DNA of 64,000 nucleotides from positions 144,398,001 through 144,462,000 of the forward strand of contig NC_042998.1 in NCBI RefSeq assembly GCF_006345805.1, written 5' to 3'. Position numbers and translations under genes: made by a program. Below the pieces are notes generated by a model. That model was not told the origin of the DNA. It saw only the letters and a program-made list of their open reading frames with translations, and made no database searches. Below are positions 24,135-37,136 of this stretch, piece by piece. Origin of the DNA: Octopus sinensis. Taxonomy: Eukaryota. How positions within the stretch are numbered: position 1 is the first letter of the stretch; every line of letters starts with the position of its first letter.

Positions 24135-24770
24135 TATCATCATCATTTAATGTCCATTTTTCCATGCTGGCATGGGTTGGATGGTTTGACCAGGGCTGGT
24201 AAGCTGAGAGGCTGCACCAAATTCCAGTCTGATTTGGCATGGTTTCTATGGCTGGATGCCCTTCCTAACGTTAACCACTCCGAGAGTGTTATGGCTGCTT
24301 TTTACATGCTGCCAGGATGGGTGCCAATTGTATGATACCAGTATCTGCTATGACTTTGATTTTACTTGGCTTGATGGTTCTTCTTCTCAAGCATGACATA
24401 TTGCCAAAAGTCTTGATCATATGTCATTGTCCCGATGAGGCCCAACACTTGAATGGTACTTTTTAGGTGCCACTGGTATAGATGCTAGTTAAGTGATACC
24501 AGCCACATTGTGTCCATGAGGCCCAATGCTTGAAAGGTGCTTTTTACATGCCACTGGCACAGGTGCTAGTTACATGACACTGGCATAGGCCATGACTACG
24601 ATTTCACTTGGCTCGACAGGTCTTGGTCACTAGTCATTGCCTCCATGAGGCCCAGTGTTCAAAGATCGTGCTTCATCACCTTATCCTATGTCTTCCTGTG
24701 TCTACTTCTTCCACAGATTTCCTCCACTGTTAGAGATCAGCACTTCTTTACACAGCTATTCTTGTCCATA
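24135..24770 (-). mobile_element. RTE LINE 3' end
   Basis: (CAT)n tail and 3' UTR matching 10512-11330. Confidence 0.8.
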
Positions 24771-25787
24771 CACACACACATATATATATAATTGTTATAT
24801 CACACACAAATGATGTAAATCTTTGATGTTGTGGTGTCCTGGATCTGAGTGTAAGATCTGTGTTTTTCATCTAGATATGGTATATGTATTTTATATGGCT
24901 TATGCTTTTCATTCTGCATATGTCTTATAACTTTCATTTTATAAGTTTTAATTTTTGTCTTATCTCCCATTTCAATTTCAAGCAGTATTGAAATTGTTTA
25001 TTTTTAACACTTCATTGAGTGGTCCTGCCTTTTGGTGTTGAAACTATGAAGATGTCTGATCTGGTAACTGAGGAAAATATATTCTCTGCTTTTTTTAGAG
25101 TGTATTCTTGTTCTTTTGTTGCTGTCTCTGTTCATTGTCACTGACCTTGTAAATTCTTTGGTAGTTCTGCATCTAATCCCATTAATTTTATTATTTTTTT
25201 ATGTTAGGAGTTTGTTAGAATTTTGTACAGGAGATATTTATAGTGGATGCTTAGTTTGGAACTTTGTGAGGTTTAATATGAGGCATACAATTATGCAGAC
25301 ACATATATATTCATATATCTTGGAATCCATATGTCTCTTAAGACTATGGATCTGCAGCCTGCAAAGTCTTACTTTAGTCAGTGTCTGTTAGAAGAAACAA
25401 AATGACACTGGCATGTTCTCTTTGGGTGCAGGACTGTGCAAGGTTGTACAGAAGACAAACAGACACCAGATTTTCCCTTTCCACACTAATTACATCATCT
25501 GAGGGAAGAGTAAAGATTAATACAGTTTGGCACTAGTATCAGAAATGACCAAAAACAAGGTTGAGGAGGTAGTACTGCTTTAGGACTATAAATTGATCAT
25601 CAATACATAGCTGGTACTGGTACTATTTTTATAGATTCCTAAAGAAGAGTGAAGTTAATGCCAGTGGTATTTAAATGCAAATTGTAGATAGAGTGAGGGA
25701 ACAAACACTACAAGGTATTTTATCCAACAATCTAACTGTTCTGCAATTAACTTCATATGTGTGTGTGCCTGCGCTTGTGTATGTATA

Positions 25788-26200
25788 AGGTGCAGGCGTG
25801 GCTGTGTGGTAAAAAGCTTGCTTTCCAACCACATGGTTCCAGGTTCAATCCCACTTTATGGTACTTTGAGCAAGTGTTTTCTACTATAGCCTCGGGCCAA
25901 CCAAAGTCTTGCGAGTAGATTTGGTAGATGGAAACTGAAAGAAACCAGTTGTATATATGTGTGTGTGTGTGTATTTATGTGTACGCATCTTTGTGTCTGT
26001 GTTTGTCTCCACCCCATCACTTGACAACTGATGTTAGTGTGTTTACATCTCTATAACTTAGCGATTCAGCAAAAGAGGCCGATAGATTAAGTACTAGGCT
26101 TATACAGAATAAATCCTGGGGGGTCGATTTCTTCGACTAAAACCCTTTAAAGCAGTGGTCCAGCATGGCCACAGTCAAATGCCTGTGTAAAAGAGTAAGA
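25788..26200 (+). mobile_element. SINE family A
   Basis: Colinear with 12570-13020. Confidence 0.85.
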
Positions 26201-26731
26201 GAATATATATTCCCTTCTTTCCTGAGCGTCCTATACTTTATTTGTTCCATGTCCTTGCGTTGTTGTCTTTTTGTTTTCTTGTTTGGATTAACTATATATA
26301 TATATATATACACACATAAGAGAGCACAAATGGGGTTTAAAATTTACAACTTTTTCGGTAGCAACCTTGTTGGAGCTGATGCCATAAAAAAAAGCATCCA
26401 GTACACTCTATAAAGTGGTTGGTGTTAGGAAGCTATGCCAAAGCAGACACTGGAGCACAACATAGCTCTCCAACTCATCAGATCCTGTCAAACCTATACC
26501 AGCATAGAATTTGGATGTTAAAAGATGATAGAGAAGCTGCAATGTATATATTTCATGTATTGAACTTTTTTCTGAATTACTGATCCTCTTATCATGTGAT
26601 TAAATACACATATCTATATGTGTATAAGTGTGAGAAATTCTTCAAGCTGAGCCAAATAGAGGAGATGCCAGAGGATTTTACCTCAATAACACCCCACCCC
26701 CAAGAATAATAGACAAAGAAAATGGATGTCC

Positions 26732-27115
26732 TTCTATTCTTTTACTTTGTTTCAGTCATTTGACTGCGACCATGCTGGAGCATTGTCTTGAAGGATTTTA
26801 GTTGGAGAAATTGACCCCAGGACTTATTCTTTGAAAGTCTATTCTATCAGTGTCTTTTGTTGAACTGTTATGTTATGGGGATATAAACCCACCAGCATCA
26901 GTTGTCAAGCGATGGTGGGAGGACAAACAAACACACATAAATACATACGTGTGCGTGTATATATATATATGATGGGCTTTTTTCATTTTCTGTCTACTAA
27001 ATCCACTCACAAGGCTTTGGTTGGCCCAAGGCTATAGTAGAAGACACTTGCCCATTGTGCCATGCAATGGGACTGAACCTGGAACTATGTGGTTGTGAAG
27101 CAAGCTTCTTCCTAT
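26732..27115 (-). mobile_element. SINE family A
   Basis: Reverse complement of family A. Confidence 0.85.
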
Positions 27116-27639
27116 ACAATACACACTTACATACATATATATTCCCATCATAGTCTGGTCCCTTCGGCTCTTTTATTTGTTCTGGCCTTTTGCTTTTCAT
27201 TGCTCCCTTTTCTGTTCTCTCTTTGGTCTACACACCTGAAGTTACAGGATACTCTAGAGTTAGTAGAACGAAAAAATACATCCAGTACACTCTGTAAACT
27301 GGTGGGCAATAGGACGGGCCATCAACCGTAGAAACCAAGCTAAATGGCATGCATGAATACCAGTCTGTAGAAGCAGTGGGTCCCAATAAGAAATGACTCA
27401 GATCGTAATTACCTGTTCAACCCATGCCAGCATGCAAATTGTCCGCGAACTGATGTTCACTCTCTCTCTCTCTCTATCATACTCTCTCTATATATAATGA
27501 ACAACTCCCTTATGCATACAAGTAAATTTTTAGCTAGATATATCCAAACATTTCTCTATATTTATATATAAAACGTGTTCATTTCGTAAAGTAATATTTA
27601 TGCTTTCCTCTTTCATACTGATAAAAATCCACATTCACA

Positions 27640-27969
27640 TGCATAGAAACACATACTTCTAACTACCTTCCGTTTTACTCAAGTTATCGGCAGGTAAGCA
27701 TAGCTACATACTCATACAAGCTCGTACAGATAAACACACACAACAATATGACGACATGATGCAACAGCGGAACATCTATATTATAGATGGACGATGACTT
27801 TTCAAATGTTTCTAGTAAGGAAATCTAAATAAATGATGGCGGCCAACCACAGACATGGCGGCGGCGTACAGTTGCTGCTTCCGTTGCCGCTGCTGTTGTT
27901 GTTGCTACTGCTGCTGCTGGTGACAAAGCACGGGTAGGTAACGTTGTCACGATGTTATTTAGTTTTAAT
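27640..27969 (+). promoter_or_regulatory. Promoter / 5' leader of the GOLM-like gene
   Basis: CpG-rich; three ATGGCGG (YY1-like) motifs at 27836, 27855 and 27970; candidate donor CAG|GTAAGC at 27694 and acceptor TTTAG at 27962. Confidence 0.5.
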
Positions 27970-28356
27970 ATGGCGGCGGGGAATGTACGTGGTGCAATGA
28001 GGCCGCAAGGAAGATCACCTTCGTTTTTCATCGTCGGGCTATTTCTCGCCGTGGGCATTCTGGGTTTCAATTATTGGAGCCTGTCGAAACGTAACCATGA
28101 CTTAGCTACACAATTACTTAACATGCAGGATCAACTTAGGCTTTGTATTTCGAAGAGGATGACCGTGGAAAGGCGGGGATCTAATATCGTAAACGAACTG
28201 AAGAAATGTGAAACTGCTTTGGACATGGACAAGAATGAGGTGGCCAGGAAAGAAAGTGAAGTCATTACTCTTACTGAACAACTGAAAATTAAAGACGTTC
28301 AAATTAGTTCCCATGAAGCGAAAGTAAAAGAAATGGAGGAACTCCGAATGAATCTA
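27970..28356 (+). CDS. GOLM1: Golgi membrane protein 1/2 (GOLM1/CASC4)-like, coding exon 1
   Basis: Short basic tail, TM FFIVGLFLAVGILG, family motif GFNYWSLS, then coiled coil; phase-0 donor CTA|GTAAGT at 28357. An in-frame ATG also lies at 27952. Probably co-orthologous to GOLM1 and GOLM2. Confidence 0.8.
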
Positions 28357-28816
28357 GTAAGTAATGAAATTGCTTTTGTTTTTGTTATTCAGAAATGCTA
28401 AATCGAAACACATAAACGTCACTTTCTCTTCCACGTCTATCTATAATAAACACACAAGGCATAGATGTATGTGTCTAATCTATCACTAGACAGATAGATA
28501 CATATATAGACAAAGAGAAACAGAGAGCGAGTGTTGTGAACATAAACACGAATGTATAATTAGATAATTATTTGAGACATTAATAACATTAATAAACATT
28601 CAATCTTATGGCTGTGCGTTCGAACCCGTGCAGGGGCACCCTGTCACTTAGATCTGAGTATCCTTTCACGAAGGAATGTTTAAATACACACGCAGACACA
28701 TGTTACACTTCTTGCATTTATATACAATGCATACACACATCTTTTAACCGATTCCAGACCCATTTGCCATAACTGTGTTTAACATTCAAAATGTTATATG
28801 AGCTCTCTCTCTCTCT

Positions 28817-28943
<127 letters not shown>

Positions 28944-30329
28944 CGTGTGTGTAAGCATACTTCTGTAGTTACATACACACACATGATTATTGTATTGATG
29001 ATGATGTATGCTCGAAGATGATCGTTGTTAAAGTTGTTTAAATGTTAATTAATAAGGCAATTAATCTTTACGAATGTTGCAAAAAATCTATTTTAGTTTT
29101 AACGTATGGCTTGCAGCCAAAATACCTTGTTGATCACCTTAAGCTAGCAAGAATGTTTGTTAGCTTTTTGCATTAACTATACACACGCACACACCTATTC
29201 TCAACACCTACAGATTAAAATTCTTTTTAATATAAAACCTGTAATTAACAACCCTGAACTTCTTTCTGTGTCCTTCGATGTTTAATGTTAAAGTAAACAA
29301 GCTCCATCGCCAATAAATAGTAATAGTAATGATAGTAAATTATAGTTTCTGATTTAGGCACAAGGCTAATAATTTTGAAGAGGAGGTTAGTCGATAACCA
29401 TGACCCTAGCACATGACTGGTACTTTGTTTTATCGATGCCCGGAAGGATCAAAGGTGAAACAGATCTCGGCGGGATTTGAACTAAAAAGCGTTAAGAGCC
29501 TGGACAAATATCGCAAGGCAGTCGGTCTATAAATATAGATGACTTCTGTTTTTATTTCGTCTAATTTTAGGCGATTATTCTATTATATGTTCACCTGTAG
29601 ACTGGAATAGCGACAGAGTATTGGGTTTAGTCAAGTGGCTTGGCTGGTTGTGTCTTTGCATTTTCGTTTTGAAGATACTCATTTATGTATATAAGCAGTG
29701 TAACTAATTAGAAAATCTCAATAAGAGATGAAAGGAGTAACTATACTGAGAAGTAATGTTTATCGCCACACCAATATGGCTGTTCAACGTTACTAACGCT
29801 TAACCCCAGGTAGAGCTTCCGCCAGCTGGTTATCAGTGCAATCTGCACTTGGTATATATTGCATGGAAGGGAGTGAACCTCTACCATCTAGCAGACGACG
29901 GGATCACCAGCCCGAATAGTTTCAGGCTATTTGTGCCCATCTTCAGTGGAGAACACCCGACTGCTAGAGATGACAGGAATTCATTCCAGCTCACAATATA
30001 TAGAAAACTAAGTGACAATCAGTCACTGATCCTGCAACAAGAAAGTAGTTAGTTTTTAAGGTGATGCTCCAGCATGGCTGCAGTCAAATGACTGAAACAA
30101 AAGAAAAGAATATATGTACATATGTGTGTACACAGACACTTATACACACACACAAATGCATATACATACATACATACTCTCTTTTACTTGTTTCAGCCAT
30201 GCAGCTGCAGTCATGCTGGAGCACCACCATGGTCTTGCTGATTTCCTCAGTCTGGGATGTTTCACATCACCACTCCTGCATGTACCTTAGTCCCAGCTGA
30301 TGGCCCATTTAGTTTATAAGGGAGTTTGA

Positions 30330-30895
30330 TTCTGCTGCCCTCGTCTGTACCTCATGCTGGGCTGTTGATTCATCTGGTATTGTGGAGAGGAGGCTGTCTA
30401 GTTCTATCTATTTTGAAGACATCTATTCCATCTTATGCAGATTTCTTTATTTTTGTGGCAGGCCTTTGAAGAGCTTTGGGCCTTTGAACCCTAGGCTATT
30501 GCAATACCTGGTTCTGAATTTAGATGGAGTGAATGGTACTTTTGGTACAATACAATGGTGTCCAGTTCTGCCATTTGTATAACACTCAATGCTGAAATTA
30601 GGTACTAGCCCCACTAGAATTTTTCATATGTACATTATTACATATCTGTCGTGCCTTTGCTCCAGGGAGTAAAGTTGCAGTTTTTTTTTCAGCCTATCCC
30701 CATAGCTCTTCCACTGCACTGTTTCAATTTTGTTAGTGTAGTGGTGTTTGATTGCTTCAAGCTCCGCTGTTAGCTTGGTACTATGTGGTGACCATAATTG
30801 GGAGCAGTAGTCCAGGAGGCTGACAAGAAAGTGTCTCCATAGGGTCAGTATACTTTCTTGGTCTCTTGTCTTGAAGGACCTTAGTATCCATTCTA
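30330..30895 (-). mobile_element. CR1/L2-like LINE 3' fragment
   Basis: LLDYCSQLWSP...LQLYSLEQRHDRYVIMYI...YCNSLGFKGPKLF. A possible endonuclease remnant extends to about 31500. Confidence 0.75.
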
Positions 30896-31664
30896 TCAGT
30901 TGTTTGCACTTTATAGTAAAGAAAGTTATTTTATTCCATACAGGTAGAAATATAGGAAAAATAGAAGTTGAAAATGCACTGAGAATAGTTAAAATATTTT
31001 TTATCAATATATTTAAAGCTTTAACTGGTTTCACAGATACATTGATTTTCAAAAAGTTCAAGTAGAAAGATGTGATTTGTGTCGCAGTTGTCTTGTTTCT
31101 GACTAATGTTTCTAGCTTGCCCTATTTTTATAGGGAGTTCATGGCACAAATTAGTATGTTTTGAATAGGATTTGATTGGTAGAGGATAGTCACATGATGG
31201 TCTTAGAAATTTTTGTAGGTTCTCCACTTGTCTGTGTGTTAGTATCAAGTAACAATGTTTGGTGTCATAAGTTAAGGCTGACACGGTTGACTGTACATGT
31301 CCAAACAATCAATGCTCTGAATGTTTTCTGTCAAGTGTTTGTAGAGAATGAACACAATTAAGTTTATAACCTTTTGTGCATTTCTCCAATGGTATATTCT
31401 GTGCCTAAAAAAAAGCCAACACGATTGAGTTAACATGTTTAGTTATAATTAAGGCACTCCACATTTAATCTGCTTGGTGGGAGAGTGGATAGGACTCTTT
31501 TGTATGTAGTCCAGTGGCTAAAATTTTAGGTTGTTAGCTGTGTAGATTCCTCATGATAAGTGGCAAAATGAATTTTGTATGTGAATTGTTATTTATGTAT
31601 GTACTTTGTTAAAGTTTGTTATGGCTTGGTTTGTATTTTTCTATGAAAGTGCCAGTAAGGGGAC

Positions 31665-33705
31665 ACTGGTAACAATCATGCTTGAATGGTGCTTTTTACA
31701 TGCCACTGGCACGGAAGCCAGTCAGCTGCTCTGGCAACGATCACGCTCGGATGGTGCTCTTAGCACACCACTAGCACGGATGCCAGTCATCGAATTTGAT
31801 TTCGATTTCACTTGCCTCGACAAGTCTTCACAAGCAGAGTTTAGTGTCCAATGAAGGAAAGGTACACATAAGTGGGCTGGTTACATCCCTGGCATAGGCC
31901 ACGGGTTATGGTCTCACTTGGTTTGCAGGGTCTTATCATGCAAAGCATATTTCCAAAGGTCTCGGTCTCTATAAATTCCTCGGTGAGGCCTAATGTTCGA
32001 AGGTCGTGCTTCACCACCTCATCTCAGGTCTTCCTGGTTCTACCTCTTCAACAGGTTCCCTCAACCGCTAGGGAGTGGCACTTTTTCACACAGCAATCCT
32101 CATTCATTCTCGCCACATAACCATACCAGCGCAGTCTTCTCTCTTGCACACCACATCTGATGCTTCTTAGTTCCAACTTTTCTCTCATGGTACTTACACT
32201 CTGTCGAGTATGCACACTGACATTACACATCCATCGGAGCATACTGGCTTCATTCCTTGCAAGCTTACGCATGTCCTCAGCATGGCCCATGTTTCATTGC
32301 CATGTAGCATAGCTGTTCGTACACATTTGTCATTCAGTCTACCTTTTACTCTGAGCAGGAGGCTTTTTGTCACCAGCAGAGGTAAGAGCTCTCTGAACTA
32401 TGCCCAAAGGTGGCGAGCTGGCAGAAACATTAGCACGCCAGGCGAAATGCTTGGCAGTATTTCGCTTGCCGTTATGTTCTGAGTTCAAATTCCGCCATGG
32501 TCAACTTTGTCTCTCATCCTTTCGGGGTTGATAAATTAAGTACCAGTTACAGACTGGCGTCAATGTAATCGACTTAATCCCTTCTATGTTGAGCCCCTTG
32601 TGGGCAATAAAGAAATAAGAGCTCTCTGAACTTTGCCCAGGCTATTCTTATTCAAGCAGCTACATTTTCAGTGCACCCACCCCAGCTATTGACTTGTTCA
32701 CCTAGGTACCGAAAGCTATCAACTACTTGTAGATTTTCTTCCTGGAATTAGGCAAAAGTTGTTCTCTGCCCATTTTCAGTGTTTATTGCTCCTGAGCATC
32801 TGCCACATACAAAAACTATCTTCCCAGTTAGCCTTTCTTTGATATTGCTGCACTTCTTATGTGTCTATAGCTTACACCGGGTACATCTTATGGAGTTTCT
32901 ACCTACGCCTTTTCTACAGATCGAGCAGGGCCATCTACCTGAAGGGATTTGTGGTTTATCTGCCTTCCTACTTATTAAGTCTTTGGTTTTAGCTAGGTTG
33001 ACTCTAAGGCCCTTCGATTCTAATCCTTGCTTCCATACCTGAAACTTCTCTAGTTCTGATAGTGACTCAGCAATTAGAGCAAGGTCATCGGCATAGAGAA
33101 GTCTTGAATTCCTCTATTATTGCCTGGAGGACTAGGATAAATAGAAGGGGACTGAGGACTGAACCTTGGTGGACCCTACCTCTACATGGAATTCTTCACT
33201 GTACTCGTTGCCAACCCTCAACTTACTGACAGCATCCTTGTACATGGCTTGCACAGCTCTCACTAACCATTCATCTATCCCCAGTTTCCTCACTGACCAC
33301 TGGATAAGGGATCAGGGGACCTTGTCAAAGGCTTTCTATATGTCAACAAAAGCTAGGTATTTCTTCTGCAGCTGTCTTACCAGAAATATAGCATCAGTGG
33401 TGTTTTTCCCTGTCACGAACCCAAACTGCATCTCCTCTAAACTGACTCGCTCTCTAATTAGTTGGGCTATGACCCTCTCCGTGACCTTCATTACCTGATC
33501 CAATAAGTTAATACCTCTGTAATTATTTGTATCTAAAGCGTCACTTTTACTTTTGTAGCAGTTGAGTATGGTTCTGCTTTACCAGTCTTTGGATATGACT
33601 CCTTTGTGTATCACCTAGTTAACTATACGCGTGACTAGCCTATAGCCAAGACTGCCAGATATTTTGAGCATCTCTGCGGTGATTCCTGATGGGCCAGGGG
33701 CTTTC
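31665..33705 (-). mobile_element. RTE LINE (RT to 3' UTR) with nested SINE
   Basis: [35 protein letters not shown] and PHD-type finger; same family as 10512-12326. Confidence 0.9.
32408..32618 (+). mobile_element. SINE family B inserted in the RTE with a 24 bp TSD
   Basis: TAAGAGCTCTCTGAACT(A/T)TGCCCA at 32383-32406 and 32616-32639. Confidence 0.9.
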
Positions 33706-33711
33706 CCTGTC

Positions 33712-33764
<53 letters not shown>

Positions 33765-33780
33765 ATACATCTCTCTCTCT

Positions 33781-33875
<95 letters not shown>

Positions 33876-33934
33876 ATACATATCTGTATATGTGTGTGTC
33901 TGCATGTATGTATACATATATATAATAATAATGA

Positions 33935-34860
33935 TCATCATCATCTTTTAAATGTCTATTTCATATGCTGGCTTGGGTTGGACGGTTTGATTGAGGACTG
34001 GCATGCCAGGATGCTGCACCAGGCTCCAATCTGATTTGGCAAAGTTTCTACAGCTGGATGCTCTTCCTAATGCCAGCCACTCTGAGACTATAGTGGGTGC
34101 CAGTCAGGCGGCACTGGTATTGACCCACACTCGAATGGTGCTTATTACATGCCACCGGCACAGGTGCCACTCAGGTGGTACTGACATCGGTCACAACTAT
34201 GATTTTATTTGACTTAACAGGTCTTGTCAAGCACAGCATATTACCTGACGATTGAAGGGTACTTTTAAACGGGCCAGTTATGCAACACTGACATTTTCCA
34301 CAGCTATGATCTCATTAGGCTTGCTGGGTCTTCTCAAGTGCAGTATATCTCCAAAGGTCTTGGTTGCTTGTCATTGCTTCTTTGAGGCCCAACATTTGAA
34401 AATCATGCTTCACCACCTCTTCCACAGGTTCCCTCCACTGTTAGGGTGTGACACAGCTGTCCTCATCCATTCTCATCACATGACCATACCAGCACAGTCA
34501 TCTGTCTTACACATCAAATCTGACGCTTCTTATGTCCAACTTTTCTCTCAGGGCGCTTACACTCTGTTGTGTATGCACACTGACATTACACATCCAGCGG
34601 AGCATACTAGCTTCATTTCTTTAAAGCCTACACATGTCCTCAGCAGTCACTGCTGTATAGCATGGCTGTTTGCACACATGCATCATACAGTCTACCTTTC
34701 ACTCTGAGTGAGAGGCCCTTTGTTACCAGCAGAGGTAGGAGCTCTCTGAACTTTGCTCAGGCTATTCTTATTCTAACAGCTATGTTCTTAGAGCATGCAC
34801 CCCTGCTACTGATATGGTCACCTAGGTAATGAAAGCTATCAACTACTTCTAGTTTTTCCC
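33935..34860 (-). mobile_element. RTE LINE 3' fragment
   Basis: (CAT)n tail, 3' UTR and C-terminal ORF2 homologous to the other copies. Confidence 0.85.
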
Positions 34861-34869
34861 ACTCCAATT

Positions 34870-35300
34870 ATGAAGAAAAGAGGGGATGAAACCAATAAAT
34901 TGTCCACAGTCTGTCTACCCTATGTTAAAGGCCTCTCCATATGACATCAGGACAGTAGTCAAGAGTAATACAACACTTCGCAAATATCTCCTTCGAGTAA
35001 AACCACCAATAGAAGAGAATATGACCAAAGACCTGCATGTACTCCATCCCATGCAGCTGTGGTAGGTTATACAAAGGCGAAACATGCTGGCCCCTCAAAA
35101 TAAGGGTAGACGAACATCACAAAGCTGTGACACGAGGAAATATTGATAAATTGGGTATAGCTGATCATGTATGGAAAAATAGAGACCACCTCCCCCTGTG
35201 GGATGAAGTTAAAATAATAGACAGAGAACACCACTGGAAAATTGGAAAACTAAAAGAAGCAGCACATATGCTATGACACAACAACTTCCTAAGCATACCG
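34870..35300 (+). mobile_element. Penelope/Poseidon-type PLE GIY-YIG fragment (PLE2)
   Basis: CLPYVKGLS...TLRKYLLRVKPP...YSIPCSCGRLYKGET..PLKIRVDEH...GIADHVW...WDEVKIID...KLKEAAHM. Confidence 0.85.
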
Positions 35301-35365
35301 GTATTTAGGAAGTATAGGAAAATATTAGATTTATAAGCCCTAAAGTTCACTTCATAATTGCCCAT

Positions 35366-35605
35366 GGGCATATGGTGTAGTGGTTAAGAGTGTGAGCTAC
35401 TAACCCCAAGATTCTGAGTTCGATTCCAAGCAGTGACCTGATTAATGATAATAATAATAATAACAGCGAGAAATACCTTAGGAATGAGAACCTAGGTTTG
35501 AAATTTCCTCAAGGCACCTAATGAAGGCTGAAGGGTATATCAGCTGAAATATTGTGTTAACAACAACAAAGATGAGGACAAATATCTGTCAAATGTAAAT
35601 AATGT
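35366..35605 (+). mobile_element. tRNA-like head plus (AAT)n plus hammerhead module downstream of PLE2
   Basis: A box TGGTGTAGTGG at 35373-35383, B box GAGTTCGATTCC at 35416-35427, (AAT)n, then HHR2. Confidence 0.7.
35513..35558 (+). ncRNA. Minimal type I hammerhead motif (HHR2), core-mutated
   Basis: GGCAC-CUaAUGA-A-GGCUG-(10 nt)-CAGCU-GAA-AUAU-U-GUGUU: stem I GGCAC/GUGUU, stem II GGCUG/CAGCU, palindromic AUAU stem III; G5 of CUGAUGA is changed to A. Confidence 0.6.
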
Positions 35606-36328
35606 TTATGTCTTTATTTTGCAAGATTCCTGATGTGAAATCGTATGTTGAAGCAGATGTTGTTATATTTCAGGATGGTCTTTTTTTTTTCCAAATAAAC
35701 ACATGCACTATATATTTGTTCTTCACTTGTTTATTACTATTCTTCAGCAACACTTTACATCTACATGAGTGCTCCTGCTCTGCTTAGTCCATGGACTAAG
35801 CAGAGCAGGAGCACATGAGGACAGAAAGTGCCGCTGAAGAGGTCACAGATGAGTAATGAAAGATTTTCGGACAATGGACTTCAGTTAGAATAAGAACAGT
35901 AATAAATGAGTGAAGAATGGATATATAGTGCATGTGTTTATTTGGCAAAAAAAAAAATGAGCATCCCAAAATACAACAATATATATATATATGTATGTAT
36001 GTATATACATGCACAATCACCATCACTCCCAGTTTTAAGTCAATGTTTTGTAATGTAAAAGTGTGTGACAAATGTATATCCTTTGTGAAACACTTAATGC
36101 AAGAAATGTTTTTTTATCTTTTTTTCATAAGCCTTGTCTTCTACCTTGACATAAGAAATTAAACAGCAAAGCAAATAAGTTATATCATTCCACATATAGA
36201 AAATCAACGAAGCGTTTTGATTTATAGAAAATCAAATGAATTTGATACATGGCTGAGTTGTTAGGCAGTTGTGATAGATACAGACTACCAAGTTTCAAGT
36301 TTATGTTAGATAACTGGATTATGATTAA

Positions 36329-36528
36329 CCTGTTAGCATAGGCTGCATTTGTTTCAGTTAATTTTTTAAATAATGAAGAATTTAGTAAAATAACTTTCTA
36401 ATTATTAAGCTGGGGTCTGGAACAATTTAACAATATTTTTGTGGAAGATTATAATTTAGACCACTTTAAAATAGTAAACCTATGCTATAGAACTTGGGGT
36501 GGTCTCAGGCGGGTTGGTATCAAAAGGG
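36329..36528. mobile_element. piggyBac-type MITE
   Basis: Ends GGGTTGGTATCAAAAGGG, the reverse complement of the 19163 family start. Confidence 0.6.
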
Positions 36529-37136
36529 TTTAAATATTTTGCAGTGCTGGAGAAAGTAAATAGTAAGGAATGTAGTCCAGTGTATTTGTCTTGACAAGTA
36601 CAGAAGTTACTTCATGTACAGGTGCTTTGGCAGTTGTTTCCAATTCAGTAGTAATCTCTCAAGAGAGTTATAAATCAATTTATGCAGGACTGAAATATTT
36701 CTTGACTTATGAGAAATCTGATTCTTAGTGTGCCAAACAAGTTTTATTCTGAGAATTGGGTTTGTAAAAAGATATCATGTTTGTTAGTAAATCTGTCTAT
36801 GATCTCAATTTTTGGGAGAAAGAGAACCAAAGTTTTTTAGGCAGTGATTGAAGTAGCTGAGAACATTTCTAGCTAGATCTGGTGAAAGAGGAATGAAAGT
36901 GAACTTCAGAAGGAATAATTTACCCTACATTCAACAAGTCTCTCAGTCCAAACTAGTTATGATATCCAAGGTACCTTGGCTCTGGGGCTCCTTAACCGCC
37001 CAGGAATATACAGGTTGCAATGCAGATAGAATGTGGCAGCAGACATGTACCCAGAGTTAAGGGCCAAAACATTTGTATGAGGCAGGGGTGTGTATAGATA
37101 TATGTATGTATGTATATATATACATATATATATCTC

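Noticed and set aside
35366-35440. tRNA gene
   Set aside because: A and B boxes are present but no convincing acceptor stem or cloverleaf; treated as a SINE-like head, as are the other tRNA-like heads.
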